Assembly (NCBI RefSeq): GCF_009746125.1
Contig: NZ_CP041352.1
Coordinates: 367,847-399,846 of the forward strand
DNA: 32,000 bases
Direction of reading: 5' to 3'
Source: Casimicrobium huifangae
GTDB lineage: Bacteria; Pseudomonadota; Gammaproteobacteria; Burkholderiales; Casimicrobiaceae
Numbering within the stretch: the stretch's first letter is position 1; each line of letters begins with the position of its first letter. The translations under genes and the position numbers were made by a program. Below, in pieces: positions 23,401 to 30,373 of the stretch. Below the pieces are notes generated by a model. The model was not told the DNA's origin. It did no database searches and saw only the letters and a list, made by a program, of their open reading frames with translations.

Positions 23401-24119
23401 CCGGCGCCGCTATACCCAGTCCGGCGCCTATCGACGCCTGCCTTGCGTCGAACATCATCGAGGTCGGAGTGGACGTCCCGCGTCTTTCGCTGATGGCGAT
23501 CGTCGGACAGCCCAAGACCACGTCCCAGTACATCCAGGTCTCGAGCCGGGTTGGCCGGGACCTGGACAAGCCAGGTTTGGTGGTGGTGATCTACGGTCAG
23601 ACGAAGCCCAGGGACCGCAGCCACTACGAGAGGTTCCGCTCGTACCACCAGCGCCTGTATGCGCAAGTCGAACCGACCAGCGTCACCCCGTTCAGCCCAC
23701 CAGCAGTCGATCGTGCTCTCCACGGTCTCGTTGTGGCACTGGTACGACAACTGGGACGCAGAGGCCATGAGGCGGATACGCCCGACCCGTTCCCGCTGAC
23801 TGCTGGCAGCGACCTGCGGCTGAAGGTCGAGGAAGTGATCCGTGATCGAGTGCGTTCCATTGCGCCCGATGAGGAGGCTTCCGTGATGGCCAAGCTCAAG
23901 CTCAGGCTCGATCAGTGGAGCGCCCGGAAGCCGGCCGAATACGGTGATTTCTCGAAGACGCCAGAGCACCCGCCGCTGATGCATCCTGCCGGGCGAACCG
24001 AGCTTGCGCAGTGGGAGGGTCGCAGCTGGGCAACAATGTCGTCCCTCCGCAATGTCGACGCGAGTTGCGAGGCGGATCTCACGGCTCAGTACAACAACAT
24101 TCCCGAGGCAAACCAATGA
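20436..24119 (+). CDS. DrmA-like SF2 DExH helicase (DISARM-type large helicase)
   Basis: ATG 20436 overlaps the upstream TGA by 1 nt. Motif I WFPTGGGKTEAYLGL (22074-22091 encodes TGGGKT). Motif II VIQDELHLISGP (DELH at 22779-22790). Motif III ASTAT. Motifs V/VI NIIEVGVDVPRLSLMAIVGQPKTTSQYIQVSSRVGR. Long N-terminal region of about 540 aa. C-terminal SLRNVD. Followed by a separate DUF1998 gene, as in DISARM. Confidence 0.8.
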   Translation: MSPLDKNLANREQMLARLRAEIVGPDPAGKPVSLGDKQAMTWEEYRIPQMQADGQEIVWQDPPTKRFGAGILFPLGATEEAIVNATEADEVVPLTSPDLAPPGQQPDEELAARERAPSYGGPADDAEEEDVTLANAFRPSAIGLSFLADLAAETNGIVVELVNVGRIGLERTVESPCGSYLPLTLHLGGAVGKQPTPRKVWLRKPVLDDQGKVPAVSIAAKELLNAAKPLRHPIGPAALGLELVVVSRTWRSAPTSGHRLLTVSVANKKRAKETELDSLCLFQAGIRVSGASGNQWIDAYPENLIADFQDDDPLADENVNRVLYRENRTFAIGHGCGADWISGRPQRVTTVWSDVLPVFETPATSADLQIKGPGGRSQSLRVSMRLLAGLQPGDDGLGDVDRLLQEYEGWIAALDSKVATIAEGYRPTATELIRKCRECAARIADGLSILRQAGAQGDVARKAFRLANHAMLVAQLRSRQELRVPDRDANSRLTWSRPIAVVDPAVPNERQGFWRPFQIAFLLMSLRGICDSSHPDRKVVDLIWFPTGGGKTEAYLGLTAFTVFFNALSGTANGGVDVLMRYTLRLLTAQQFQRAATLFCAMEQLRRWDVVALGNRPFRIGLWVGSAATPNKRDDAVEKLKALQRDSDAENPYVLLRCPWCAAKFGPHEAASSPVQRKAGRGRQSSGGHVYGYARERGPSGDTVVFRCGDPGCEFGGMPGPGTPPLPIVVIDEDLLDAPPNLLIGTVDKFAMLAWTPAARSIFGLDDSGRHRGAPPTLVIQDELHLISGPLGSMVGAYETVIEALCVDPLGGMVLPKIVASTATISRAREQIAGLYARSGVMLFPPSGLDAADSFFAREAVDDDGRPKPGRLYAGVLAPAHTSLQTSEARVFATLMQHASLLEGEPRELDPWWTLLVFFNSLRELGGAATLFTADTREYLKVILNRHGIDYGRIRQLFHVEELTSRIRGDHIPRLLERLEVPVTVREGAGAAIPSPAPIDACLASNIIEVGVDVPRLSLMAIVGQPKTTSQYIQVSSRVGRDLDKPGLVVVIYGQTKPRDRSHYERFRSYHQRLYAQVEPTSVTPFSPPAVDRALHGLVVALVRQLGRRGHEADTPDPFPLTAGSDLRLKVEEVIRDRVRSIAPDEEASVMAKLKLRLDQWSARKPAEYGDFSKTPEHPPLMHPAGRTELAQWEGRSWATMSSLRNVDASCEADLTAQYNNIPEANQ

Positions 24120-26239
24120 GCCGCCCTGTCAGACGGTCGCAGGCCGTGTCCCCCTTCGGTGTGGGCGCGCTTGTGGACTTCCCCGGTCCGGTGTCCCTGA
24201 TCCATGCCGGACTCGACGCGTGGCCTTTCGACGAGAGGAACCCGGCTCACCGCGAGTTCAGAGTTGACGATGAGCCGAGGCTTGCCAGGCGGCTCGGGGT
24301 CGACTTCTTCGTGCAGCCTCCAGACTTCAGGCAGGTCGAGAGAGGAGGCTCAGGAGAGGCAGTCAACCTTGGACTGAAGCTACCCTTCCTTCGCTTTCCA
24401 CTGTGGCACTCATGCCCTCGCTGCGGTCGAATGTACGAGGCTAAGTACCACCATCGGTCTCCGCCGGAGTGTGAGGGGCCTATCGGAAGCGGAGCAGAGA
24501 AGGGCAAGGCGCACAAGAAGCGGCGCGCCATACAAGTCCGTTTCGTCGCCGTATGTCGATCTGGCCATCTTCGTGACTTTCCCTGGATCGAGTGGCTACG
24601 TCTCGATCGAGCTGACTGGGATGGCGTCAGGACTGACCGCTGGCTTCGCCTGTTGTCCACGGGATCTGCATCAATTGCCGGCGTCGTTGTCGTTGCAGAA
24701 CGGCGCGACAGTTCCGGAGTCGTCGAGGTCGCGCGCGAGTCCCTCGCCGGTGCGTTCAGTGTCGAATCGAGCGGTGCCACAGCCTTCACCACCATCATCA
24801 AGCTGACATGCGACGGCCAGAACCCAGCGATTGGCCTCGGCGACGGCGGCGACGTTCCGATCGAGCCTTGCGGTCAGGACCTGAGGGCCGTGCTTCGTGG
24901 CGCGAGCAACCTCTACTTCGCCGACGTCCGGAGCTCGATTTACGTCCCGGAAGTGGAGGACAGCGGACTGCCTCAGGCCGTGCTGGATCTGCTCGAGGAT
25001 TACGCACTGAGGCAGGAACTGTTGGGTGGAGCATTGGCATCGGAGACCGATGGAACCCTGAGTGTCAGGGCAGCGGGTGCGACTCTCCGTCGCCGCTATC
25101 CGGAGTCGGATGTCAGGGCAGAGGTTCTTGCGGCAGCAGTCAACAAGCACGCGCTGCACGAGATACTGACTCAACCACGACTCATCGCTACGACCCTGGT
25201 CCAGAAGGCGAAGACCGCAGTCGACGGAAAGGTCTCGGCGGAGATCCTCAAGGGTCTGATCGAGACTGCGCAGCCGGACTGGCTGATCGACCCGAATGTA
25301 CTGGTGGAACCGGTGAATGCGTGGCTCAGGCGTCGCGAGGGTCTGGAGGCCGAGGGCGCACCGCAGCGCACGGAGGACGTCTCCGACAGGACCTACCGCG
25401 CAGAGGAATACCGCGCATTCAGTCGCGATGGTCAGGATGGGCTGCCGAAGGTCAATCTGCTCGTACGGAGCAAGCCACTCGATCGCTACAGTGATCTCGT
25501 CAGGAGGAACTTCTCGCGCGTGGCCCTGTTGGACAAGTTGCGCGAAACACGTGCCTTCGTCGGATTCAGCAGGATCTATGCAAGCTCGAACACCCCCCCG
25601 GCGCAACGCTGGAAGCTCATTTCAAGATCTCAGCAGAACTGGCTTCCAGCCGTCGTCGTCCGTGGCGAGGGCATCTTCCTAATGTTCAATCAAGAGCGCC
25701 TGGCGCAGTGGACCAGAGAGTTCGGCGAGGTGCACAAGGATCGGCTGCGTCAGGTCAATCTCAATCTACAGGCCCAGGCGCGCCGACGTCAGGTGCATGC
25801 CGATGACGCCTCGCCCGCCCTCGTGCTGCTGCACACCTTCGCGCACGTGTTGATTAGCCAGCTCGTGTTCGACTGTGGTTACGGCTCTTCGTCTCTGAGG
25901 GAGCGGATTTACTTCTCCGAGACGCATCCGCAGATGACCGGTGTGCTGATCTATACCGCCGCTGGGGATTCCGAAGGAACCATGGGCGGCCTTGTCAGGA
26001 TGGGCGAACCGGGTCAGCTCGATCGAATTATCGCCAGGGCGCTCGACCGAGCCCGGTGGTGCTCAAGCGACCCCGTGTGCATCGAGAGTGCTGGACAAGG
26101 GCCTGACAACTGCAATCTCGCGGCCTGCCATTCATGTGCCCTACTGCCGGAAACCTCTTGCGAGATGCAGAACCAGCTGCTTGATAGGGGCATGCTGGTC
26201 GGGGTACTGGACCGCCCGGAGATTGGTTTCTTCTCATGA
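24116..26239 (+). CDS. DrmB-like DUF1998 (MrfA-type Zn-binding) protein
   Basis: ATG 24116 overlaps the drmA-like TGA (ATGA); the track start at 24011 is an in-frame extension. N-terminus RRSQAVSPFGVGALVDFPG. Zn ribbon CPRCGRMY...PPECEG. FVAVCRSGHLRDFPWIEWL. C-terminal DUF1998 signature: LLHTFAHVLISQL...YTAAGDSEGTMGGLV...WCSSDPVCIES...CNLAACHSCALLPETSCEMQNQLLDR. Confidence 0.85.
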   Translation: MSRPVRRSQAVSPFGVGALVDFPGPVSLIHAGLDAWPFDERNPAHREFRVDDEPRLARRLGVDFFVQPPDFRQVERGGSGEAVNLGLKLPFLRFPLWHSCPRCGRMYEAKYHHRSPPECEGPIGSGAEKGKAHKKRRAIQVRFVAVCRSGHLRDFPWIEWLRLDRADWDGVRTDRWLRLLSTGSASIAGVVVVAERRDSSGVVEVARESLAGAFSVESSGATAFTTIIKLTCDGQNPAIGLGDGGDVPIEPCGQDLRAVLRGASNLYFADVRSSIYVPEVEDSGLPQAVLDLLEDYALRQELLGGALASETDGTLSVRAAGATLRRRYPESDVRAEVLAAAVNKHALHEILTQPRLIATTLVQKAKTAVDGKVSAEILKGLIETAQPDWLIDPNVLVEPVNAWLRRREGLEAEGAPQRTEDVSDRTYRAEEYRAFSRDGQDGLPKVNLLVRSKPLDRYSDLVRRNFSRVALLDKLRETRAFVGFSRIYASSNTPPAQRWKLISRSQQNWLPAVVVRGEGIFLMFNQERLAQWTREFGEVHKDRLRQVNLNLQAQARRRQVHADDASPALVLLHTFAHVLISQLVFDCGYGSSSLRERIYFSETHPQMTGVLIYTAAGDSEGTMGGLVRMGEPGQLDRIIARALDRARWCSSDPVCIESAGQGPDNCNLAACHSCALLPETSCEMQNQLLDRGMLVGVLDRPEIGFFS

Positions 26240-26446
26240 TCGTCGGCTCAGGGATTGTTCGGCGCGAGGACAGGAGAAGTTTGCTGACGGCAGCGCGACG
26301 ACAATCAAAGTGGAAAGCGAAGTTATTTCCAACAAGCTATACGCCACGTACGCGGTGTTAGGCGGATATCCGCTCGATCAGTATGTCCGGCGCTTGGCGT
26401 GGCAAAGGCAATAATGTACGTTCACACTAAGACACTTAAGTCCGAT

Positions 26447-26869
26447 TCAAGTAAGCCATTTCATCGCAAGCGCCGCCAGCTCCATAACCTCAATGTCGCG
26501 ATAAGGGTTCAGCACCAGCAGGTCGTCGTCGCTTGAGATGATCGCGCTGGCGTTCGCTGCCAGCGCGAGCGCAAGGAACTTGTTGTCCCTGCTGTCGCGG
26601 CAATCGTTCACCGTTTCGGTGACGGCGACCATCTGAACCACGCCAGCGTAGCGGCGGACAAATTCGGCGCGGTCGGCCGCTGCGCGGTAGCGGTCGAACT
26701 TTGGCCGGGAGAGAACCTCGACCAATTCCTGCATTGTGTCGGTGGACGCTACCGCCTGATGGCGAGCGATGGCATCGCGAAATGCCTGTGCGTGCGCGGA
26801 CTGCGGATAGAGCAGCACGCCGACGAGCGTGCTGGTGTCGAATACGATGCGTTTAAGCGCGGAGCTCAT
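26447..26869 (-). CDS. PIN-domain toxin (type II TA, TIGR00305-like)
   Basis: IVFDTSTLVGVLL...MQELVEVLSRPKF...CRDSRDNKFLALALAANASAIISSDDDLL. Acidic PIN residues are present. Overlaps the upstream antitoxin gene by 17 nt. Confidence 0.8.
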   Translation of the reverse strand: MSSALKRIVFDTSTLVGVLLYPQSAHAQAFRDAIARHQAVASTDTMQELVEVLSRPKFDRYRAAADRAEFVRRYAGVVQMVAVTETVNDCRDSRDNKFLALALAANASAIISSDDDLLVLNPYRDIEVMELAALAMKWLT

Positions 26870-27122
26870 GCACGAGGTCGGTGATTTCCTTCGTGCTCAG
26901 TTCCGGCGCGTTTGGCTCGACAAATCCTTCAGGCAGGCCGTCGAGAAATGCGCCCATGCGTTGCGCCGCGAGCAGACGCAAGGCTTCCTGACCCTGCGCA
27001 TAGGGCAGGATCATCAGGGTCGGCCGCCCATGCTGCGTCACGGTCACGGGCTCGCCGCTCTTCACAATGTCAGCGATGCCGCCAAAGTTGTTTTGCACCG
27101 TACGTGATGCGAGCGTTTTCAT
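26853..27122 (-). CDS. Phd/YefM-family antitoxin
   Basis: 89 aa. MKTLASRTVQNNFGGIADIVKSGEPVTVTQHGRPTLMILPY is a typical Phd/YefM N-terminus. Lies immediately upstream of the PIN toxin. Confidence 0.8.
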   Translation of the reverse strand: MKTLASRTVQNNFGGIADIVKSGEPVTVTQHGRPTLMILPYAQGQEALRLLAAQRMGAFLDGLPEGFVEPNAPELSTKEITDLVHELRA

Positions 27123-27153
27123 TGCTGCGACCGGTTTGGATTGAGTTTGAATT

Positions 27154-27179
27154 ATAGCTAATGTAGCTACATTAGCTAT
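27154..27179. promoter_or_regulatory. 26-bp perfect palindrome, candidate antitoxin operator
   Basis: ATAGCTAATGTAGCTACATTAGCTAT equals its own reverse complement. It sits 32 nt upstream of the Phd/YefM start codon (27122, minus strand). Confidence 0.6.
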
Positions 27180-27265
27180 TGCCGCTACAGCTGCTTAATC
27201 CATGCAAGCAACTCACCACCGCTTTCGGGTCACGTGGCTTTGTGTATGCAATCCATAGGCGCTGG

Positions 27266-27673
27266 TCACAAGATCGCCACACCCGCAGCGATCGCAGAGC
27301 GACGCAACGCATCATCGAGCGTCGCCAGCGGCAGCGCCTTTCGCTGTGCCAGTTCGAGATAGCTGGCGTCGTAGCTGCTGAGCCCGTGTCGTTCGGCCAG
27401 TTGCAGCGCGTTGCTCCAGGTGAGCGCAACGCCTTCGGTATCCACGGCGATGGGTAGCGCGGCGATGCGCTGCGCTACCTGGCTGACGGCTTCCGCAGGG
27501 ATGCGCTTGCGGCGAGCGGCGCCCAGCAGGACGTTGCAGACTTCCAACGGCCAGATTGCGGGTGCGACGGCGCCGGATTCGATCACGCGGGCCAGCAGCC
27601 CGTCGGTGGCCGGCGTGTGCTCGTCCTCAAAGCACCACGCCATGGTGACGGAGCAATCGATGACGAAGCTCAT
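27266..27673 (-). CDS. vapC: VapC-family PIN-domain toxin
   Basis: MSFVIDCSVTMAWCFEDE...IWPLEVCNVLLGAARRKRI...SYDASYLELAQRKALPLATLDDAL is the classic VapC layout. 4-nt overlap with the upstream antitoxin. Confidence 0.85.
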   Translation of the reverse strand: MSFVIDCSVTMAWCFEDEHTPATDGLLARVIESGAVAPAIWPLEVCNVLLGAARRKRIPAEAVSQVAQRIAALPIAVDTEGVALTWSNALQLAERHGLSSYDASYLELAQRKALPLATLDDALRRSAIAAGVAIL

Positions 27674-27927
27674 CGCCGTCCTTCGTCGCGCAACTCGTTC
27701 ACGGTCACGCCGTCAAGCCGCCAGCCACGCGTCGCCGCGAGCAGCGCGTCGGCCGCGCGCTGCGCGGCGGCGCGGTCATGCCCGGCGTTGGCCGAGACGA
27801 GGCGCGCGACCGGCCGGCCGCGACGGGTGATGAGTACCTCGTCGCCTGCCTCCACCCAGTCGAGCAGGGTGCCGAGTTTGTTCTTGGCCTCGAAGGCGCC
27901 GATTTCATGTTGGGCAGGGATGCTCAT
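27670..27927 (-). CDS. Phd/YefM-family antitoxin (VapB-like partner)
   Basis: 85 aa. IGAFEAKNKLGTLLDWVEAGDEVLITRRGRPVARLVS. Coupled to vapC. Confidence 0.8.
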   Translation of the reverse strand: MSIPAQHEIGAFEAKNKLGTLLDWVEAGDEVLITRRGRPVARLVSANAGHDRAAAQRAADALLAATRGWRLDGVTVNELRDEGRR

Positions 27928-28040
27928 GGTGGTTTCGTACAGTTCACAGCTCTATTGAGCTAGATTGTAAGCTGGTTTATTGAGCGGGTGTTCCGCTCTG
28001 CCTGGGTAGTGCCAAGCACATATATCCAAAACAATATAAT

Positions 28041-28373
28041 ATGCGAATGAAGCCCGTACAGTTCCTTGGCGACTCGCTGAAGCGACTCCGTGAGTTCCCG
28101 GCAGACGCGAGGCAAGATGCAGGTCGCCAACTTGATCGTGTTCAGCGTGGAAAACAGCCCGACGACTTCAAGCCCATGTCGTCTATCGGCAAAGGCATTC
28201 AAGAAATTCGGGTTTGGGACGACGCTGGCACCTTTCGCGTGATTTACACAGCGCGGTTGGCGGATGCGGTTTATGTGTTGCATGCGTTCCAGAAGAAGAC
28301 GCAGGCAACCTCCAGACGAGACATCGAAATCGCGAAAGCCAGATTTGCAGAATTGATGAGAGGTTTGACATGA
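28041..28373 (+). CDS. RelE/ParE-superfamily toxin (HigB-like, phage Gp49/DUF891 type)
   Basis: SLKRLREFPADARQDAGRQLDRVQRGKQPDDFKPMSSIGKGIQEIRVWDDAGTFRVIYTARLADAVYVLHAFQKKTQATSRRDIEIA is the typical Gp49-like toxin sequence. The real start may be ATG 28047 (MKPVQF). Confidence 0.8.
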   Translation: MRMKPVQFLGDSLKRLREFPADARQDAGRQLDRVQRGKQPDDFKPMSSIGKGIQEIRVWDDAGTFRVIYTARLADAVYVLHAFQKKTQATSRRDIEIAKARFAELMRGLT

Positions 28374-28657
28374 AATCGCCACAAGCTGACCGTTTCGCGA
28401 GTGTTTGGGATGCGATCGCAGACACGCCGGAAGAGGCTGCCAACCTTCGCTTGCGCTCCGAATTGATGGACAAAATCTCGGAACTGATCGCAACCAGTGG
28501 TTGGACCCAGTCGGAAGCTGCGGCACGATGCGGTCTGACCCAGCCGCGAATCAGCGACTTGTTGCGTGGGCGTATCTCGCGGTTCTCTCTCGATGCGCTC
28601 GTGAATATTGCGTCCGCGCTCGGGCAGCGCGTGCATGTGGAGCTGGAAGCGGCGTGA
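28370..28657 (+). CDS. XRE-family HTH antitoxin (HigA-like)
   Basis: ATG 28370 overlaps the toxin TGA (ATGA). HTH: WTQSEAAARCGLTQPRISDLLRGRISRFSLDALVNIASALG. Confidence 0.8.
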   Translation: MKSPQADRFASVWDAIADTPEEAANLRLRSELMDKISELIATSGWTQSEAAARCGLTQPRISDLLRGRISRFSLDALVNIASALGQRVHVELEAA

Positions 28658-28659
28658 TC

Positions 28660-28708
28660 AAACAATCCCGTTATTCGTTCGCCACGCGATAGATTTACGG
28701 GATTGTTT
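28660..28708 (+). terminator. 12-bp perfect stem hairpin after higA-like gene (possible terminator; no T-run)
   Basis: AAACAATCCCGT (28660-28671) pairs with ACGGGATTGTTT (28697-28708) across a 25-nt loop. There is no U-tract, so the terminator function is uncertain. Confidence 0.35.
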
Positions 28709-28791
28709 CGCGGGATGACAGCATGCCAATGGCTTACCCAAGTACGACCGGCTGCTGAACGGGCTTCTGCCGTTGAGGTACTGAATAGCTG

Positions 28792-29802
28792 TCAGCCGAT
28801 CCCCGCCAGCAACTCATAACTCCGCTTCCGCGCCGCATGGTCGTGCACGGCGCCAGTGATGATCAGTTCGTCTGCTTGCGTCTGCGCGACGATGTCGCTG
28901 AGGCGGCCGCGGACGGTGGCGGGTGCGCCGACGGCGGTGACGGTCAGCATTTGCTCCATGCCGGCGCGCTCGGCGGGCGAGCCCAGCGCGTTCATTTCGG
29001 CAACCGGGATGGGGTGCGGCAACGGGCCGCGCTTGCCGGTTTGCATGCCGAGGAATCGCTGTTGCAGGGACGTGAAGAGATACGCCGCTTCGTCGTCGGT
29101 GTCTGCGCAGATGACGTTCACGGCCACCATCGCATGCGGTTTGGTGAGCGCGCCGGGCTGGCCGTTCGGGCGGAAGCGTGCGCGATAGATCTGCAGCGCC
29201 TGCTTCAGCATCGCCGGTGCAAAGTGGGACGCGAACGCGAACGGGTAGCCCAAGTGCGCTGCCACCTGTGCGCTGTAGAGACTGGAGCCGAGCAGCCAGA
29301 TCGGCACGTCACATCCGATGCCGGGAATGGCGCGCACCGGGCGGCGTTCATCGGGCGGCGGCTTGAAGTATTCCGCGAGCTCGACCACGTCGCCAATGAA
29401 GTCATCTTCGCTCTGTGTTGCCAGCGTGCGGCGCAGCGCGCGCATGGTCATCTGGTCGGTGCCCGGCGCGCGGCCGAGGCCCAGGTCGATGCGGCCGGGG
29501 TACAGCGTGGCGAGCGTGCCGAACTGCTCGGCGATCACCAGCGGCGCATGGTTAGGCAACATCACGCCGCCGGAGCCGACGCGGATTGTCTTCGTGCCCG
29601 CCGCGAGATAGCCGATCAGCACCGACGTGGCGGAGCTGGCCACGCCGTCCATGTTGTGATGCTCGGCCACCCAGTAACGCTGGTAACCAAGTTGTTCGGC
29701 ATGTTGAGCGAGATCGAGCGAATTGCGCAGCGCGTCAGCGGCGCTGCCGCCTTCGACGATCAGGGAGAGATCAAGGATACTGAGAGGAGGGAGTGCGGCC
29801 AT
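28792..29802 (-). CDS. LLM-class (luciferase-like) flavin-dependent oxidoreductase
   Basis: 336 aa. [61 protein letters not shown] is the typical N-terminus of the YhbW-like LLM family. Confidence 0.8.
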   Translation of the reverse strand: MAALPPLSILDLSLIVEGGSAADALRNSLDLAQHAEQLGYQRYWVAEHHNMDGVASSATSVLIGYLAAGTKTIRVGSGGVMLPNHAPLVIAEQFGTLATLYPGRIDLGLGRAPGTDQMTMRALRRTLATQSEDDFIGDVVELAEYFKPPPDERRPVRAIPGIGCDVPIWLLGSSLYSAQVAAHLGYPFAFASHFAPAMLKQALQIYRARFRPNGQPGALTKPHAMVAVNVICADTDDEAAYLFTSLQQRFLGMQTGKRGPLPHPIPVAEMNALGSPAERAGMEQMLTVTAVGAPATVRGRLSDIVAQTQADELIITGAVHDHAARKRSYELLAGIG

Positions 29803-29836
29803 GCCGATACTCTACCCGCTCCGCAAAAACCGCACG

Positions 29837-30292
29837 TCAGTCGGGGTCACTCGTCCCGACACCCAGCCGCTCGATCATCGCATCCAGCGCCCGGTAGGTA
29901 TCGTCGGTGAATGCCTTGCCCAGTGCCGATTCGATCTCGGCGTACACCGCCTCGATTTGCGGCGCCATGGTTTGCGCCAGCTTGCGACTTTTCGCAGTGA
30001 GTGACACGGTGACGCGACGCTGGTCGCCTGCCACCGGGGACTTGCGGATCAGGCCAAGATCGTCCATGCGGGCGAGGATGCCAGCCAGGCTTGGGCTGGA
30101 AATACCGCACAGGGCAACGATCTCGCGCGGCTCGCGCGGACCCGTGTCGATCAGCGCCCGGACGATGCGCCACTGCTGCTCGGTCAGTCCGTGCGCGTTG
30201 AGGATGGGCCGGAAGCGCGCCAGCACCGCCTCGCGCGCGTGCAGCAGCAGCAGCGGCAGGTTGCGGTGGTGAATGGGGCGGTCGGCAGGCAT
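29837..30292 (-). CDS. hpaR: MarR-family homoprotocatechuate degradation operon regulator HpaR
   Basis: LLLLHAREAVLARFRPILNAHGLTEQQWRIVRAL...SPSLAGILARMDDLGLIRK...DQRRVTVSLT aligns with E. coli HpaR (LLQAREAAMSYFRPIVKRHNLTEQQWRIVRIL...). ATG 30292 is preferred over the track's TTG 30307. Confidence 0.85.
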   Translation of the reverse strand: MPADRPIHHRNLPLLLLHAREAVLARFRPILNAHGLTEQQWRIVRALIDTGPREPREIVALCGISSPSLAGILARMDDLGLIRKSPVAGDQRRVTVSLTAKSRKLAQTMAPQIEAVYAEIESALGKAFTDDTYRALDAMIERLGVGTSDPD

Positions 30293-30320
30293 CGGGGCAA
30301 TCGGCAATCGGAACGGTGGA

Positions 30321-30350
30321 TTGACAGTGTCGAGAACGTAACGCTATATT
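30321..30350 (+). promoter_or_regulatory. Sigma70-like promoter of hpaG operon with overlapping short inverted repeat (candidate HpaR operator)
   Basis: TTGACA (30321-30326), 18-nt spacer, TATATT (30345-30350). ATTACT (30348-30353) and AGTAAT (30362-30367) form an inverted repeat overlapping the -10 and TSS region. Confidence 0.5.
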
Positions 30351-30373
30351 ACTCACATATTAGTAATCAGGCA

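Larger units (their letters stand above)
10600..28720. other. Accessory defence / toxin-antitoxin island (approximate bounds)
   Basis: Lies between housekeeping-like genes (CDF transporter; LLM oxidoreductase/hpa cluster). Content is exclusively defence/TA-type genes. By eye the sequence is more AT-rich with A/T-ending codons, especially 13.4-16.0 kb, against GC-rich flanks. No integrase or flanking direct repeat found. Confidence 0.5.

Noticed and set aside
26236-26361. 41-codon ORF (MIVGSGIVRREDRRSLLTAARRQSKWKAKLFPTSYTPRTRC) overlapping the drmB-like stop
   Set aside because: No RBS, an Arg-rich composition typical of random frames, and no motif. Kept only as a possible scar in the findings.
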